NCBI GenBank assembly: GCA_951406725.2 | Contig: OX597818.1 | Span: forward strand, 56,358,001 to 56,422,000 | DNA from: Octopus vulgaris | Lineage: Eukaryota | Direction of reading: 5' to 3' | DNA length: 64,000 nucleotides | In this document: piece after piece, positions 27,192 through 40,058 of the stretch | How positions within the stretch are numbered: position 1 is the stretch's first letter | Layout of the letters: each line of letters begins with the position of its first letter | Made by a program: the position numbers and the translations under genes | Notes under the pieces: generated by a model | Told to the model about the DNA's origin: nothing | The model's database searches: none | What the model saw: the letters and a program-made list of their open reading frames with translations, nothing else

Positions 27192-27770
27192 ATATTAATA
27201 AATAAAATAAAACACATGCATATATATAAACATATATGTACGTACCTACCTCTACATGTACATATACACGCATATATGAGTACAGGACACCAAAAGGACG
27301 TCGAACACAATGAGAAACGAAAACAAAGACACAAACCAATGGAACTGGACATTTTTTAAAAAACAGCAAAAAAATAGAGTACAGGACAATTAACACAAAG
27401 AACAAACCTCTTCTTCAGTCGCTAAAGGTTTCATCTACTCTACGTTTCGAAGGATAAAAGCGAGACGTATCTTCGACAAGAAAACTTTCCTTCCTGCGAA
27501 AAGCAAATCGATTAAAATTCTGAGATCTTTTCGCAGAGGGGTAAAAAATAGTAACAACAGGACAGTAACGACAGTGCAAATTGTAAACAGTAAAAGACAG
27601 GACAAGGAAAAACAAGATAAGAAGGGCTGTTAACGGCGAACGAAAAAAAGTATTGCAAATGCAGAATTTTTTATGGACGACGAGCGGAGCAAAAAGAATG
27701 TCGTCCATTACCTTGAGAGAGCCAGGGGAGAGAGACAGCAGCGGAAGTGACGTCGCGGGTGAACGACGGG
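27192..27770 (-). mobile_element. (TA)n-flanked non-coding repeat family
   Basis: Copies at ~39570-40030 (+) and 52605-52865 (-); all end in TA tracts. Confidence 0.75.
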
Positions 27771-28212
27771 ATATATATATATATATGTTATCATTATTGT
27801 TTTTACGTATTTTTGTATTCTTATTCGTGTTGTCATTATTGTTTTTACGTATTTTTGTATTCTTATTCGTGTAACATCATCCGTTTTCCCGTCCTTGTTT
27901 TGTGTACATTCGAGGTCTTCTTCCAAGGAATCTAATGCGCTTGGCTTAGATTTTCCTTTGGGGCTGGCCAGGTCGGAGCAAACTCAAGATTAATCAGCCG
28001 AAATTGCGAGGATGATCCCGTTCTTGACTGAAGATTGAGGGCTTCGAATGTCCCGTCCGTGTTTTTTGTATGGTCTTCTAAATGTTTTGCGTTCTTGTCC
28101 CAGTTTATATTTTTTTTTACATATACATATATATATAGCGACGCCCGTACCCTTTTTGGTCTTATATATAAGTATATATATATATATATATACATATATT
28201 TATATTTATATA

Positions 28213-28278
<66 letters not shown>

Positions 28279-28302
28279 CATATATATATATACATATATA
28301 TG

Positions 28303-28348
<46 letters not shown>

Positions 28349-28494
28349 CATATATATGTATATACATATATATGTATATATATATACATATATATGTATA
28401 TATATATACATATATATGCATATATATATATGTATATGTCTATATATATACATATACATATATATATGCATATATGTATATATATATATATACG

Positions 28495-28525
<31 letters not shown>

Positions 28526-28657
28526 TAATAAAAAGAATTCCAACCTTGTCTGATTTTCACGTTTTATTTACAATCTTATAATGATATATTATAAGATAAT
28601 ATATTATAATTGAATAAAATAAAATGAAATAGTAGAATGTTAAATATTCATTCTGAT

Positions 28658-28702
28658 TGAACTAGTACTTTCATGCATTGAATTCTGCAATCTTCGGGTT
28701 CA
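28658..28702 (-). ncRNA. Minimal hammerhead motif in the PLE 3' UTR
   Basis: Minus strand: TGAAC CCGAAGA T TGCA gaattcaa TGCA T GAAA GTAC TA GTTCA; 5-bp stem I, palindromic AGUACU helix III; core has C in place of U4. Confidence 0.75.
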
Positions 28703-29196
28703 TGTAGTAGTGTTGACAGTCATGCTTCACAATTTTTGACTGTAGCAAGATGAGTGATTCTGTGCTATAAATACAGCTGGGTAGGCTCCAGAGTGCTAGG
28801 TTTTGCAAACTGTATTCTGACCAATCAGTGTGTAGTATCACTCAATTACTTAAGCTGATTGGTTGGTTGAGCTGATTGGTTTAGGCATCACGCTTTGTTG
28901 GACAGGTCAAGAGTCCTGTATCTTGACCCTGGCCGAAGCAGCAATTGTTGGGTTATTTTTAGAAATGTTGTAAATATCCTTTGTCAGAGATTTTTATATT
29001 TTTATATTTCAATTGTCATCATCATCATTGTCAGCACCTTAATTATTGTTGCTAGTGGTGATGGTGGTGGCAATAGAACTTTTAACCCTAAATAAGATAA
29101 TTTTCCTGCTATCTTCGTCTTGATCACCTTTAGTATTGTTGTTGTTGTTAGTGGTCATGGTCGTAGCAGTGGAAGTAATACCTCTAAGTATTATTA

Positions 29197-31524
29197 TTAT
29201 TGCTTATTTAGCTTGGGTTCGAATTTATCAATAAAATTCTTTTCTCTGATTTTCCTCTCGATTTCACTTGGGCTGTGTAATTTGTAGAATGGAAATATTA
29301 TATATATTTTCCGACCACATGTTGCTAGGTGGTTACTCAAAGGTATCTGACGGACCTCTGGGTCTCTAATCTGTTGCCGGTGTACACGTGAGCGTTCTAA
29401 TAGTGCGTTTCCCGTCTGACCTACATATATTTCTTCACAATTTGGGCATTTGATGCAGTAAATTAAATTTCTGCTTTTGCAGTTCATATTCGCGTTTGTG
29501 AATATTTTCCCGGTTTTTGTGTTTATATATTGACCGGTATGTATGAATTGGCATGTGCCACATCGGCTATCATTGCATTTAGATACCGTGAATGTTTGGT
29601 CTTTGTTGCTGAGGTCAAATTTTGCCTTTGTTAGTAATGTTTTCAAGTTTTTAGGCTGTCTTTTACTAAGCACCATAGCTCGATCCTTGATTATGTCTTT
29701 TAATTCATTACTTTGGGCAATGATTGGTAGGTTTGCTTTGGCAATGTTGAAGATATTCTGGTGACATGGGTTGTGTGTCACTATGAATGGTATGACTTGT
29801 TCTTGTTTTCCTCTTCCTTGGGTTGTCCTAAGTTGTTGTATAGGTATTTTTATAGCCCGCTGTATGCCATTTTCTATAAGTAGAGATGGGTATTTTTGTT
29901 TGAGCAAAAATTCTCTTAGTTCTATTAGGCGTTTGTTCCTGATATTTGCATCTTCTACAATAGTACAAATTCTTCTGGCTAGGCAGTATGGGATGTTACG
30001 TTTTGTATGTGGTGGATGGCACGACTTAAAATTTAGGTATTGATGTGTGTCTGTGTGTTTATAGTATATATCTGTGGTGATGGTGGTGTCTTTTTTAATT
30101 ACCATTATATCCAGGAATGGTAATTTGGTACTACTCATCTCCTTTGTAAATTTGAGAGATGGGTGTAGGTTGTTCAGGAGGATATTGAACTCTTCCAGAG
30201 TATTTAGAGATTCTGTCCAGATTATGAAACAGTCGTCTAGGTATCTCTTCCATGCCTTTTCAATATACTTTCTAAATCCAGTGCCATAGTTTACCTCCAC
30301 CTCTTGGTAGAGTTGTTCTTCTAAGTATCCCATTACAGAGTTGGCGTAAACGGGAGCAAACCTCGTTCCCATCGCCGTGCCTCTAATTTGGATGTAATTC
30401 TTTCCATTGAAGAAGAATGTGTTATTTTCTAGAATAAGTTTGACTGTGTCTAATATAAATGGCACTGTGAATCTGCTGGGAATCACTTCTCTATGTTTTT
30501 CTAACCAGTATTTAATCGCCTTTATTCCTAAATCGTGTGGAATATTGGTGTAGAGGCTTACCACATCAAAACTTAGTAAAACTGAATTTGTTTCTGTTGT
30601 TTTGGGAAGATGGGACAGGAAGTCGATGTCATCCCTGATGAAACTTGGTATGTAAGTACATAGTGGTTTCAAAACAATGTCAATAAAATTGCTTAGACGG
30701 TGTGTAGGGCATGCTGGACCAGCTATAATAGGTCTAAGTTTTAGGTCTTTTGGATGTAATAATTTTATGTACTCACTTTCTTGTTCTTTTACTGCCTGTT
30801 GAATGTTTTTTGATTTGTGTATTTTTGGTAAGCCGTAGAAGTTGCTGGGTTTTGGTTCAAAATTGGTGATGTAGTCTTTTTCATTATCCGTAAGTGAGTT
30901 GTGGTGTGTTGAAATCAGGTTGTTGATCTTTTTCATGATGTGGTGGTCTATATTTGCGGGTATTTCACAATAGAAGGTTGTATCCTTCAGTTGGTCTTCA
31001 ACCAAATCCTTATAGTATTCGGTATCCATAATAACAATTGCACCACCTTTATCTGCTTGTTTAATTATTATTGTTTGATCGTTTTGTATACGTTTACATG
31101 CAGACATCTCTGATTTGCTAATGTTTGGCCTAACATTGGTATTGCGTCTAAGGGGAAATTTAGACAGGATATCAATGTATTGGTCAAGGTAGTTATTTCT
31201 TCCTTTTGGTGGGGTGAAATTTGATTTATTCCTTACTAGGGATTCATCAATCTCATTACTTTTGTTAGCGAAGAATTCTACAAGTCGTAATTTTCGACAG
31301 AATTTTTGGATATCCTCCTTTAATTCTTGGTGGTTGGCTGTTGGTGTAGGTGTGAATTTCAGTCCTTTTGACAGAAGTTGGATTTCATCATTGTCAAGAT
31401 CTCTTTTTGATAAATTAATTATTTTAGGATCTATACGTTCAGTTGTTTGGGGTATGTTTCCTCTTGGATTTTTTCTTTCTCCGGTGTTTGTTGTCCTGAC
31501 GTAAAAAAATGGATTTTTTTCTGG
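29197..31524 (-). CDS. PLE reverse transcriptase / GIY-YIG endonuclease (frame open for ~775 codons; first ATG at 31107)
   Basis: [71 protein letters not shown] linker, [18 protein letters not shown]; no internal stops. Confidence 0.95.
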   Translation of the reverse strand, partial: PEKNPFFYVRTTNTGERKNPRGNIPQTTERIDPKIINLSKRDLDNDEIQLLSKGLKFTPTPTANHQELKEDIQKFCRKLRLVEFFANKSNEIDESLVRNKSNFTPPKGRNNYLDQYIDILSKFPLRRNTNVRPNISKSEMSACKRIQNDQTIIIKQADKGGAIVIMDTEYYKDLVEDQLKDTTFYCEIPANIDHHIMKKINNLISTHHNSLTDNEKDYITNFEPKPSNFYGLPKIHKSKNIQQAVKEQESEYIKLLHPKDLKLRPIIAGPACPTHRLSNFIDIVLKPLCTYIPSFIRDDIDFLSHLPKTTETNSVLLSFDVVSLYTNIPHDLGIKAIKYWLEKHREVIPSRFTVPFILDTVKLILENNTFFFNGKNYIQIRGTAMGTRFAPVYANSVMGYLEEQLYQEVEVNYGTGFRKYIEKAWKRYLDDCFIIWTESLNTLEEFNILLNNLHPSLKFTKEMSSTKLPFLDIMVIKKDTTITTDIYYKHTDTHQYLNFKSCHPPHTKRNIPYCLARRICTIVEDANIRNKRLIELREFLLKQKYPSLLIENGIQRAIKIPIQQLRTTQGRGKQEQVIPFIVTHNPCHQNIFNIAKANLPIIAQSNELKDIIKDRAMVLSKRQPKNLKTLLTKAKFDLSNKDQTFTVSKCNDSRCGTCQFIHTGQYINTKTGKIFTNANMNCKSRNLIYCIKCPNCEEIYVGQTGNALLERSRVHRQQIRDPEVRQIPLSNHLATCGRKIYIIFPFYKLHSPSEIERKIREKNFIDKFEPKLNKQ

Positions 31525-32466
31525 TTATGATTTATATTCCTGTTGATGTTTGCTTGATGAATTTTGCGTTTTGGTTGTGGTACTTTACTTGGTTTCGTTA
31601 TGTTTTCTGTCTTGTTTTTGGTATTATGTATGCTACTTTTCAATTTCTTGTTAGCATTGTTTTTAGCCACATATATATATATATATATATACGTATATAT
31701 ATACATATATATATATATACACACATATGTATATTTATACATATATGTATATGTATATATATATGTGTGTATGTATATATATACATATATACATATGAAT
31801 ATATATATACATATATATATAAATATGTATATCTATGCGTGTATATATATGTGTGTGTGTGTATATGAATGGATGGATGCATCCATACATTTATGAATGT
31901 ATGTATGCATGTGTACATGCATGTGTGTGTATGTATGTATGTGTGTGTGTATTATCAGTTAGTTGTCCATAAGTCAGAAATGAAACCACACTCAATATAA
32001 GTAACAAAGCAGATATATTCATTTATAACCACAAGCAATAAATTTACTGATCGTGGCATATATAACAAACCAAAATGGCGTTGTCGGTCACACGACAAAT
32101 ATTACTACCGCTGGCAATATTCAGCGCGACTATCATAGTAACATTCTGTCCAATATCATGCGATAGCCAGTAATACGTTGATTGACAATATGACGCCAAG
32201 CTGGTAAAATCGTCAGCACGGTGGACTAAAGGCTTGGTAGCATTTCGTATATCTTCAATATTCTGAGTTCAAATTCCACCGATGTAGGCTTTGCCTCTCA
32301 TCCTCTCGGGGTCGGTCAAACAAGTGCCAGCTGAGCACTGGAGTCGATGTAATCACACTTAGCCCCACCCCAAAATTTGGTGGCCTTGAAACCGATAAAT
32401 TGATTGACACGCAAACTCCAAAAGTCTTTTTTTTTTTTCTCTCTCTCTGTTTATTTCCATGTGTTC

Positions 32467-32502
32467 CTTTCTGTTGAAGAGCGTTGGCTCGAAATGTAAA
32501 AG
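32467..32502 (+). ncRNA. Minimal hammerhead-like motif (CUGUUGA variant)
   Basis: CTTT CTGTTGA A GAGC gttg GCTC GAAA TGTA AAAG; stem I CUUU/AAAG; host element runs into (TA)n at ~32592. Confidence 0.7.
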
Positions 32503-32609
32503 ACTTTCTCGGTTTCCCGAGCGTCAAACTAATACACCTGTTTGTTGTTTATACACCTGTCTTCGTCTTTTGTTTTTGTGTAAATTTCAACTATATATAT
32601 ATATATTTA

Positions 32610-32691
<82 letters not shown>

Positions 32692-32734
32692 TAAAGAGTG
32701 AAAAAACTACAGAAGGCTTAAATGTTAAAAAATA

Positions 32735-33200
32735 TATATATTTGCGTCAATATGTCTGAAGAATATTAGAAAATTTTTTTTTTAAATGTTTTCTCTTATA
32801 ATGACATAATTTAAAAGAAAGACCGGTTTCGCGTGTAGCTTTTCAAATTTCTTGTGACGTTATGTTTATGTTGAATAGAGTTATCGTTATGTTTATGTTC
32901 AGGAGAGTTCTAAATAAGGGAAGGTAGTGAGTGATTTCTTCCGGTGTAAGGGAGATAATCGCTTAAAAATTTTTTCCTTTCCCTTGGTGTGAATTTCTCT
33001 GTATCAGTATGTTCGGATGGTTAAGTCTGAGCTTGTACTTTTCAATGAAGAATGTTTCCTTGTTTAGTCTAATTTGTGTTGATGATCCGATAGCACATTG
33101 GTAAAATGGAAAGATTAAAAATTGTGGCAAATTAAATAAAATTTCGGGAAAGATTAAAAATTGTGGCAAATTAAATAAAATTTCCGGAGGGTGAAAGTAG
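32735..33200 (-). pseudogene. 3' fragment of a second PLE family with degenerate hammerhead
   Basis: FLIFPFYQ..RLNKETFFIEKYKLRLN aligns with [22 protein letters not shown] of the intact PLE; hammerhead relic at 32816-32852. Confidence 0.7.
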
Positions 33201-34057
33201 TATGTATATATATAGATATAATATATATATATCATTCAAAGTACCTTGGATCCCGGAACATCTCGCTGTGCTTGAGGAGACTGTATATGCATGCACTAGC
33301 ACTATGACCCGGCGTTGCCGGGTCATAGTGCTAGTGTATATATAAAAAAATTAATGACTTGAAAAGTTCAAGACGTGAACAATGGCCACAGCTTTGAGCC
33401 TAAACTGGTAAAAAAAGAATTTAGAACAAGGAGCAAAGAAGAAGCAAGAAGTTTCTGTTAGCTATTTCAAAACTTTAATTACATTCGTCTTAAACATAGT
33501 TAGCATATTAAAACATTGTAATTACGCGATGAGGAAGAAACACTTGAATATAAATATTATCATGTTTCAGGAAGTACGAGAGAAAATTCTAGACATGATT
33601 AGAATCTTCTATGAACTCAACAACAAAACATAAACTTCATCCTGAGATATTGATAGAAGAATTACTAAGTATTTCGTTTTGGGATTTGGTTAGCGAGATT
33701 CTTTATATGAGTTCGTGTGTTGAAGCATATTGTGTTGTGTCTGGGGAGAGTCATTTTCTTTTAGTGCCTTATATATTTGCATATGTGTCCCTGTCATTTT
33801 TTCTCGCCCCTCCTTATTTCTTCTGTCCCTCTGCCTCTACCTCTCTCTTCTCTCTCCACGTGACCGTTGTTCGGCCAAGCCTGACCTTTCTTTTTTGGTT
33901 CGGCCGTCGTCCGTGCAACATCTCTATTTCTCCCTGTGCTTGTCAAATCTTAAATCCCCGTCGTAAGGCTCTACTTCCACACGCACCAGCTTAATTTAAT
34001 TCGTTGAAGCATATTGTGTTGTGTCTGGGGAGAGTCATTTTCTTTTAGTGCCTTATA

Positions 34058-34290
34058 TATTTCTTTACTACCCACAAGGGGCTAAACACAGAGGGGACAA
34101 ACAAGGACAGACAAACAGATTAAATCGATTACATCGACTCCAGTGCGTAACTGGTACTTAATTTATCGACCCCGAAAGGATGAAAGGCAAAGTCGACCTC
34201 GGCGGAATTTGAACCCAGAACGTAACGGCAGACGAAATACGGCTACGCATTTCGCCCGATGTGCTAACGTTTCTGCCAGCTCGCCGCCTT
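34058..34290 (-). mobile_element. SINE family B nested in a repeat
   Basis: GTGCCTTATA duplicated on both sides. Confidence 0.9.
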
Positions 34291-34959
34291 TGTGCCTTAT
34301 AATTTAACACACTCACCGGGAAAATTTCCACTTATTTCTTATTTTTATTTTCCTAAAATTTTCGTTGCCTCTTGCAACCTTTTCATTTACATATCTTGAC
34401 TCTTGAGTCATGACTATTGAAAAGGTTGCAAGACGCAACGAAAACTTTGGGAAAATAAAAATAAGAAATAAGTGGAAATTTCACCGGTGAGTGTGTTACA
34501 ATATAAGGCACAAAAACAAAATTACTCTCCCCAGACACAACAAAATTACTATGTGTACAAGAATGTACATTGGTCGTCGCAAGCAGATAGGAGAGATTAA
34601 ACAATATATGATTCAGACACGCCTCCATATAAACAAGAAACAAAAGCAATAGTTAAGTTAATGTTACTATGTTTTTTAGGATGTCTTCAGCTTTAAGACT
34701 TAACGAAGCTAACCTATAAAACAACGACGTCTGTAAAACGTTTAGCTTACTCGGCTAATATTTATTACCCGCGCTTTCTTCCTCTCCTTCTCTCTTAGTC
34801 TTTCTTTATTTTTTTCTTTCTCTCTCTCTCTCTCTCGCTTTATCTATCTTTCTCTTTCTGTCTCAGTCTCCACTTCCAGCCCATTCCGTTAACACATACA
34901 ATCTGTTTGTTCCTCATTCAAATGTATAAACTCCTAGCCCCCCACCCCATATCTCCTCA

Positions 34960-35141
34960 GATCTCTCTCTCTCTCACACACACACGTCCTCTCTTTTCTC
35001 TCTCTCTCTCTCTCTCACACACACACGTCCTCTCTTTTCTCTCTCTCTCTCTCACACACACGTCCTCTCTTTTCTCTCTCTCTCTCACACACACACGTCC
35101 TCTCTTTTCTCTCTCTCTCTCACACACACACGTCCTCTCTT

Positions 35142-35172
<31 letters not shown>

Positions 35173-35330
35173 GTCCTCTCTTTTCTCTCTCTCTCTCACA
35201 CACACACGTCCTCTCTTTTCTCTCTCTCTCTCTCTCTCACACACACACGTCCTCTCTTTTCTCTCTCTCTCTCTCACACACACACACACGTCCTCTCTTT
35301 TCTCTCTCTCTCTCTCTCTCTCTCTCACAC
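34960..35330. repeat. Composite minisatellite (CT)n(CA)nCGTCCTCTCTTTT
   Basis: About nine units visible. Confidence 0.95.
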
Positions 35331-36249
35331 CAGTTTTCTTTTCTCAGAGAATATTACACTCCGTTGACCTCCACCTCCGCTTCTTACCAAAATAAAAGTG
35401 AATTCTACTGCTGATATTTAATATCAAGACTTTGCATTTCTGACCTAATTCAGGAGACGTACCTACATACACATACACACATTCATACACACATACATAC
35501 ATACATACATACATACATACCTACATACATACCTACATACATACGTACATACATACATACCTACACACATACATACATACATACATACGTACATACATAC
35601 CTACATACATACATACATACATACATACATACACACATACATACATACACACACACATACCTACATACATACACACACTCATACCTACATTCATACCTAT
35701 ATACATACATACATACATACATACACACTCATACCTACATACATACACACACACATACATACATCATACATACATACATACATAGACACATGAACATACA
35801 TACATATACACACACACATACATACAAACACACATACACACACACACACACACATACATTTACTGTATAGATAACATACCCTTAAGTCGCAAAAAGTGAC
35901 CGATCCCTAATTTCGGGACACGGTCTGTGATTCTGCCCTTTCCAAAACTCGCTTAAATATTAATTTCAAAAGCAAAAATAAAATCATATTTCGGAGTTCC
36001 CCATCGCCTATGCTTTTGGTCCTCACTGAGTGAGAACCAACCGCACAAACGTATTCTCGGCACTCGTTTGCTTCACTGCGCTCCCTCCCATTCCACTCTC
36101 CTGTTCTTCTCGTATTCCCATTTATAGTTTTACTTCCATAGGAATATCTTTTATTTTTCACTTGTTTCGGTCAATAGACTGCGGCCATGCTGGGGCAACG
36201 TCTTGAAGAATTTTAGTTGAACTATTTCGACCCCCAGTACTGATTATTT

Positions 36250-36458
36250 GGCACTATTTAAGAAGAGTGGTCCCGGTGCGCGCACTCGCGTACTCGCGCA
36301 TCCGCGCTAGCTAGTCGTGACTAGTCGATCCTACGACTGCCTAGCAAAGTATATAAAACACAAAAACACAAAGTAAGGATCGACTAGTCACGACTAGCTA
36401 GTGCGGATGCGCGAGCACGTGAGTGCGCGCACCGGGACCACTCTTCTTAAATAGTACA
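36250..36458. mobile_element. GC-rich Merlin-like MITE, ~80 bp TIRs, 9-bp TSD
   Basis: TGATTATTT at 36241-36249 and 36459-36467; GG terminus; inserted in a SINE A copy. Confidence 0.85.
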
Positions 36459-36925
36459 TGATTATTTTTTATGTACAGCCTGATAATTATTCTATTGGTC
36501 TATCTTGCTGAAACGCTTCATTACGGGGACATAAAAAGACCAACAGCGGTTAGCACGCGGTGGTGGTGGTGGGGGACAACCAATGCTTCCCAGTGAACTT
36601 CAGATGAAATTTTCACTGATGTGAGAGTGGAATTTATTTAACCCCACGAACACAACTTTTTGCTTTATTCAATGGAGCAGGGAGAAGGGAAAAGAAGTTT
36701 GCAACAACTCATAGAAGTATCTGACATGGAAGACCAACCTATGGTCAGAGACATCTGCGGAAAACGGTCAACGTGAGATGCAAGGAATGGCATAACCGAG
36801 TCATAGAGTGAAGTGAAACCTGCAGGTATAAATGTTGTTCAGCAAAACATGTGGCCGAATGTATCTGGGATTTCACAGGGTTACAAAAGAGTCTACGTCA
36901 AGTCCAGCAAAATATTGTGAAACTG

Positions 36926-37158
36926 GTGGCGAGCTGGCAGAATCGTTAGCACGCCGGGCGAAATGCTTAGCGGTATTTCGACTGCTGCTACGTTCTGAGT
37001 TCAAATTCCGCCGAGGTCGACTTTGCCTTTCATTCTTTCGGGGTCGATTACATAAGTACCAGTTATGCACTGAGGTCGATATAATCGACTTAATCCGTTT
37101 GTCTGTCCTTGTTTGTCCTTTCTGTGTTTAGCCCCTTGTGGGTAGTAAAGAAATAGGT
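36926..37158 (+). mobile_element. SINE family B
   Basis: Full head-to-tail match. Confidence 0.9.
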
Positions 37159-37269
37159 AAATATGTACTTCGATCTGTCATATAAATTTTCATAAATATC
37201 TGCTACAAAACAGAAAGAGAAACTGGATCTATTCAGTTTCAATCACAGATTTTTAAATCAATTTGGTTT

Positions 37270-37648
37270 AGGCGCAGGAGTGGCTGTGTGGTAAGTATAT
37301 ATGTTTGTGTGTCTGTGTTTGTTCCCCCAACATTGCTTGACAACCGATGCTGGTGTGTTTACGTCCCCGTAACTTAGCGGTTCGGCAAGAGAGACCGATA
37401 GAATAATTACTACGCTTACAAAGAATAAGTCCTGCGGTCGATTTGCTCGACAAAAGGCGGTTTGTCCCGCCAACATCGCTTGACAACCGGTGCTGGTGTG
37501 TTTACGTCCCCTAAATTAGCGGTTCTGCAAAAGAGACTGATAGACTAAGTAGTAGGCTTACAAGAGAATAAGTCCTGGGGTCGATTTGCTCGACTAAAGG
37601 CGGTGCTCCAGCATGGCCACAGTCAAATGACTGAAACAAGAAAAAGAG
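37270..37648 (+). mobile_element. SINE family A with internal deletion and tandem duplication
   Basis: Head joined directly to the 3' half, which is present twice. Confidence 0.85.
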
Positions 37649-38661
37649 TGATAGAGTTAGGCACAAAACCTAAAAGTTGCGGGAAGGGAGCTAATTGATT
37701 TTATCGACTCCAGTACTCAACTGGTACTTGATTTATCGACCCCGAAAGGATGAAAGGCAAAGTCGACCTCGACGAAATTTGAACTCAACCGTAAAGAGAG
37801 ACGAAATGCCGCTAAGCATTTTGCCCGGCGCCAGCTCGACGCCTTATTCACGTCAGTAATTACGAACGCGATTGTAGGCGTTAAACAGAGGTAGTAAAAT
37901 AGAGCGTGAGAGAGAGAGAGAGAGATTTAAAGATGAAAGGCAAAAATTAGAGTAAGACATGTGAAGACGGCTCGTTTATGTGGTGTCTTTCTTTGACGTC
38001 TCTTCAAACAATTCGCAAGTGGTACCTGTACCTCCAAGTTTTGAAGTCACAAAGTTCTCAGGGAAAACGTGTTTTATAGCAGTTATTTATGAGCAAACAT
38101 GTCAAACCTGATGGAACTTATTATTTCCCTCGGTCCAAGAAAATCCCAATTCTATTGCTAATTGGTAACACTCGGCTCTTTTTTTTTCAATCAAAGAAAC
38201 AATTCTGAATATTATAGCTTCGCGCGTAAATGAAGTAAGGCGGTTTAATTGCGGAATATTTATATATTTACCAATGTCTGATGATCGCTTTCGTGAAACT
38301 CTGAGTAATAAATAGTTTATAATATCTTCTTAAGTCTTCAATAAAACATTATTTTACTCTTCCACTCTATCTTTAGTATTCGAGTGCTATTTTCACCACC
38401 TTACTTAACATGTATATGTTCATACGTGTCTACACACACACACACACACATGCAGATGCACACACACACACACTTTTTTATTAAAGCTGCAAAAACATCG
38501 GACGAACGGAAACGTGAAACTCTGAGGAACAGTTTTTTTGGGGGTAATGTCTTTGCAGCATATTACTCTACTTTTGGTATTCGAATACTCTGCGGAGCTT
38601 TCAACTGGTATCACATGCATCTGCAAGTTGTTTTGCAAATATGTGTGTGTATTTATGTATG

Positions 38662-38712
<51 letters not shown>

Positions 38713-39349
38713 GGAGCAAATAATTCAGGAGAAAATATTTGCAAAGATATTATTGACTCTGTTATTATCTAGTGTAACAATTAAAAATGATAATAATAAC
38801 AGAATTAATAGTATAGGCGATTGCAGGCCCAAAAAAGCATTAGATAGTTGAAGGATTAAAATTAACCAAAGACTGTACTAAGTATGTCTACCTGCAGGAA
38901 ATAACAGTCAAAACCCTTATTTAAATCGCCGAAAAAAATTGATGATAGCTACAGAAATCAACCGTCTGCGGGGAAAACGGGCTAAGACAATCTCTCAACA
39001 TACATTCAAGTTTTTTTTTTTCGGTGATTTAATTAAGAGTTTTGACTGTTATTTCCAGCAGGTAGACATACTTAGTATGTCGTTTGATTAATTTTAATCC
39101 CTCAGCTACATATATATATATGTATATGTGTATATATACATGTAGAGGTAGGTACGTACATATATGTATGCATATATGCATATGTTTTATTTATTTATTA
39201 AGTTATTATATGACGGAACGCACGCATCCATTTCTAAGTAAGATTGTTCTTAATATTAATAATGATGCGCACTCTTAACCTTTCTCTCCCCCTCCCTTTC
39301 TCAGCCTTCATTCTTTTGGCTTTCCTTTTCTTCTACCTTACTGTCTCTC

Positions 39350-39386
<37 letters not shown>

Positions 39387-40025
39387 CTTCATTCTTTTCT
39401 CTACAACCATTCCCTTGTTTTCTCTCCCTTTCTCTTACTCCTCCTCCTCCCTCCCGTCGCGGACACGTGATGAGAAGGCTACTACTGTCTTTCTTCTCCT
39501 GGCTACCTTCAAGTAGAGACGGCACATCTGTTGCTCCCTCGCCGTTCTCAAAAAAATAGCGTTCGCAAAAATGTTTATCTCGTTCGGCTTAACAGCTTTT
39601 CTTGTTTGTGTTACTGTTATTCTCCGTGTCCTGTCTTTTACTGTTTATATTTTGTACTGTCGTTACTGTCATGTTTTTGTTACCATTTTTACCCCTCCGC
39701 AAAAAAAATCTCAAATTTTATTTAATTTGATTTTCGCGGGAAGGAAAGTTTCATTAAAGTCATGTAACGCCTTGACCTTCGAAACGTGGAGTAGATGAAA
39801 CAAAGGCGACTGAAAAAGGGGAATTTTCCTTGTTTTGTATGTCCTGTACTCTATTTTTTCGTTGTTTAAGAAAAATGTCCATTTCCTTGGTTTTGTGTTT
39901 ATGTTTTCGTTTCTCATTGTGTTCGACGTTTTTTTGGTGTCCTGTACCCATATATGCATGTATATATACATGTAGAGGTAGGTACGTACATATATGTATG
40001 TATATATACATATGTTTTATTTATT

Positions 40026-40058
<33 letters not shown>

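Larger units (their letters stand above)
28525..31670 (-). mobile_element. Penelope-like retroelement (Neptune-like), apparently 5'-truncated, inserted in (TA)n
   Basis: RT + GIY-YIG ORF, hammerhead in 3' UTR, long TA-rich tracts at both boundaries. Confidence 0.92.
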
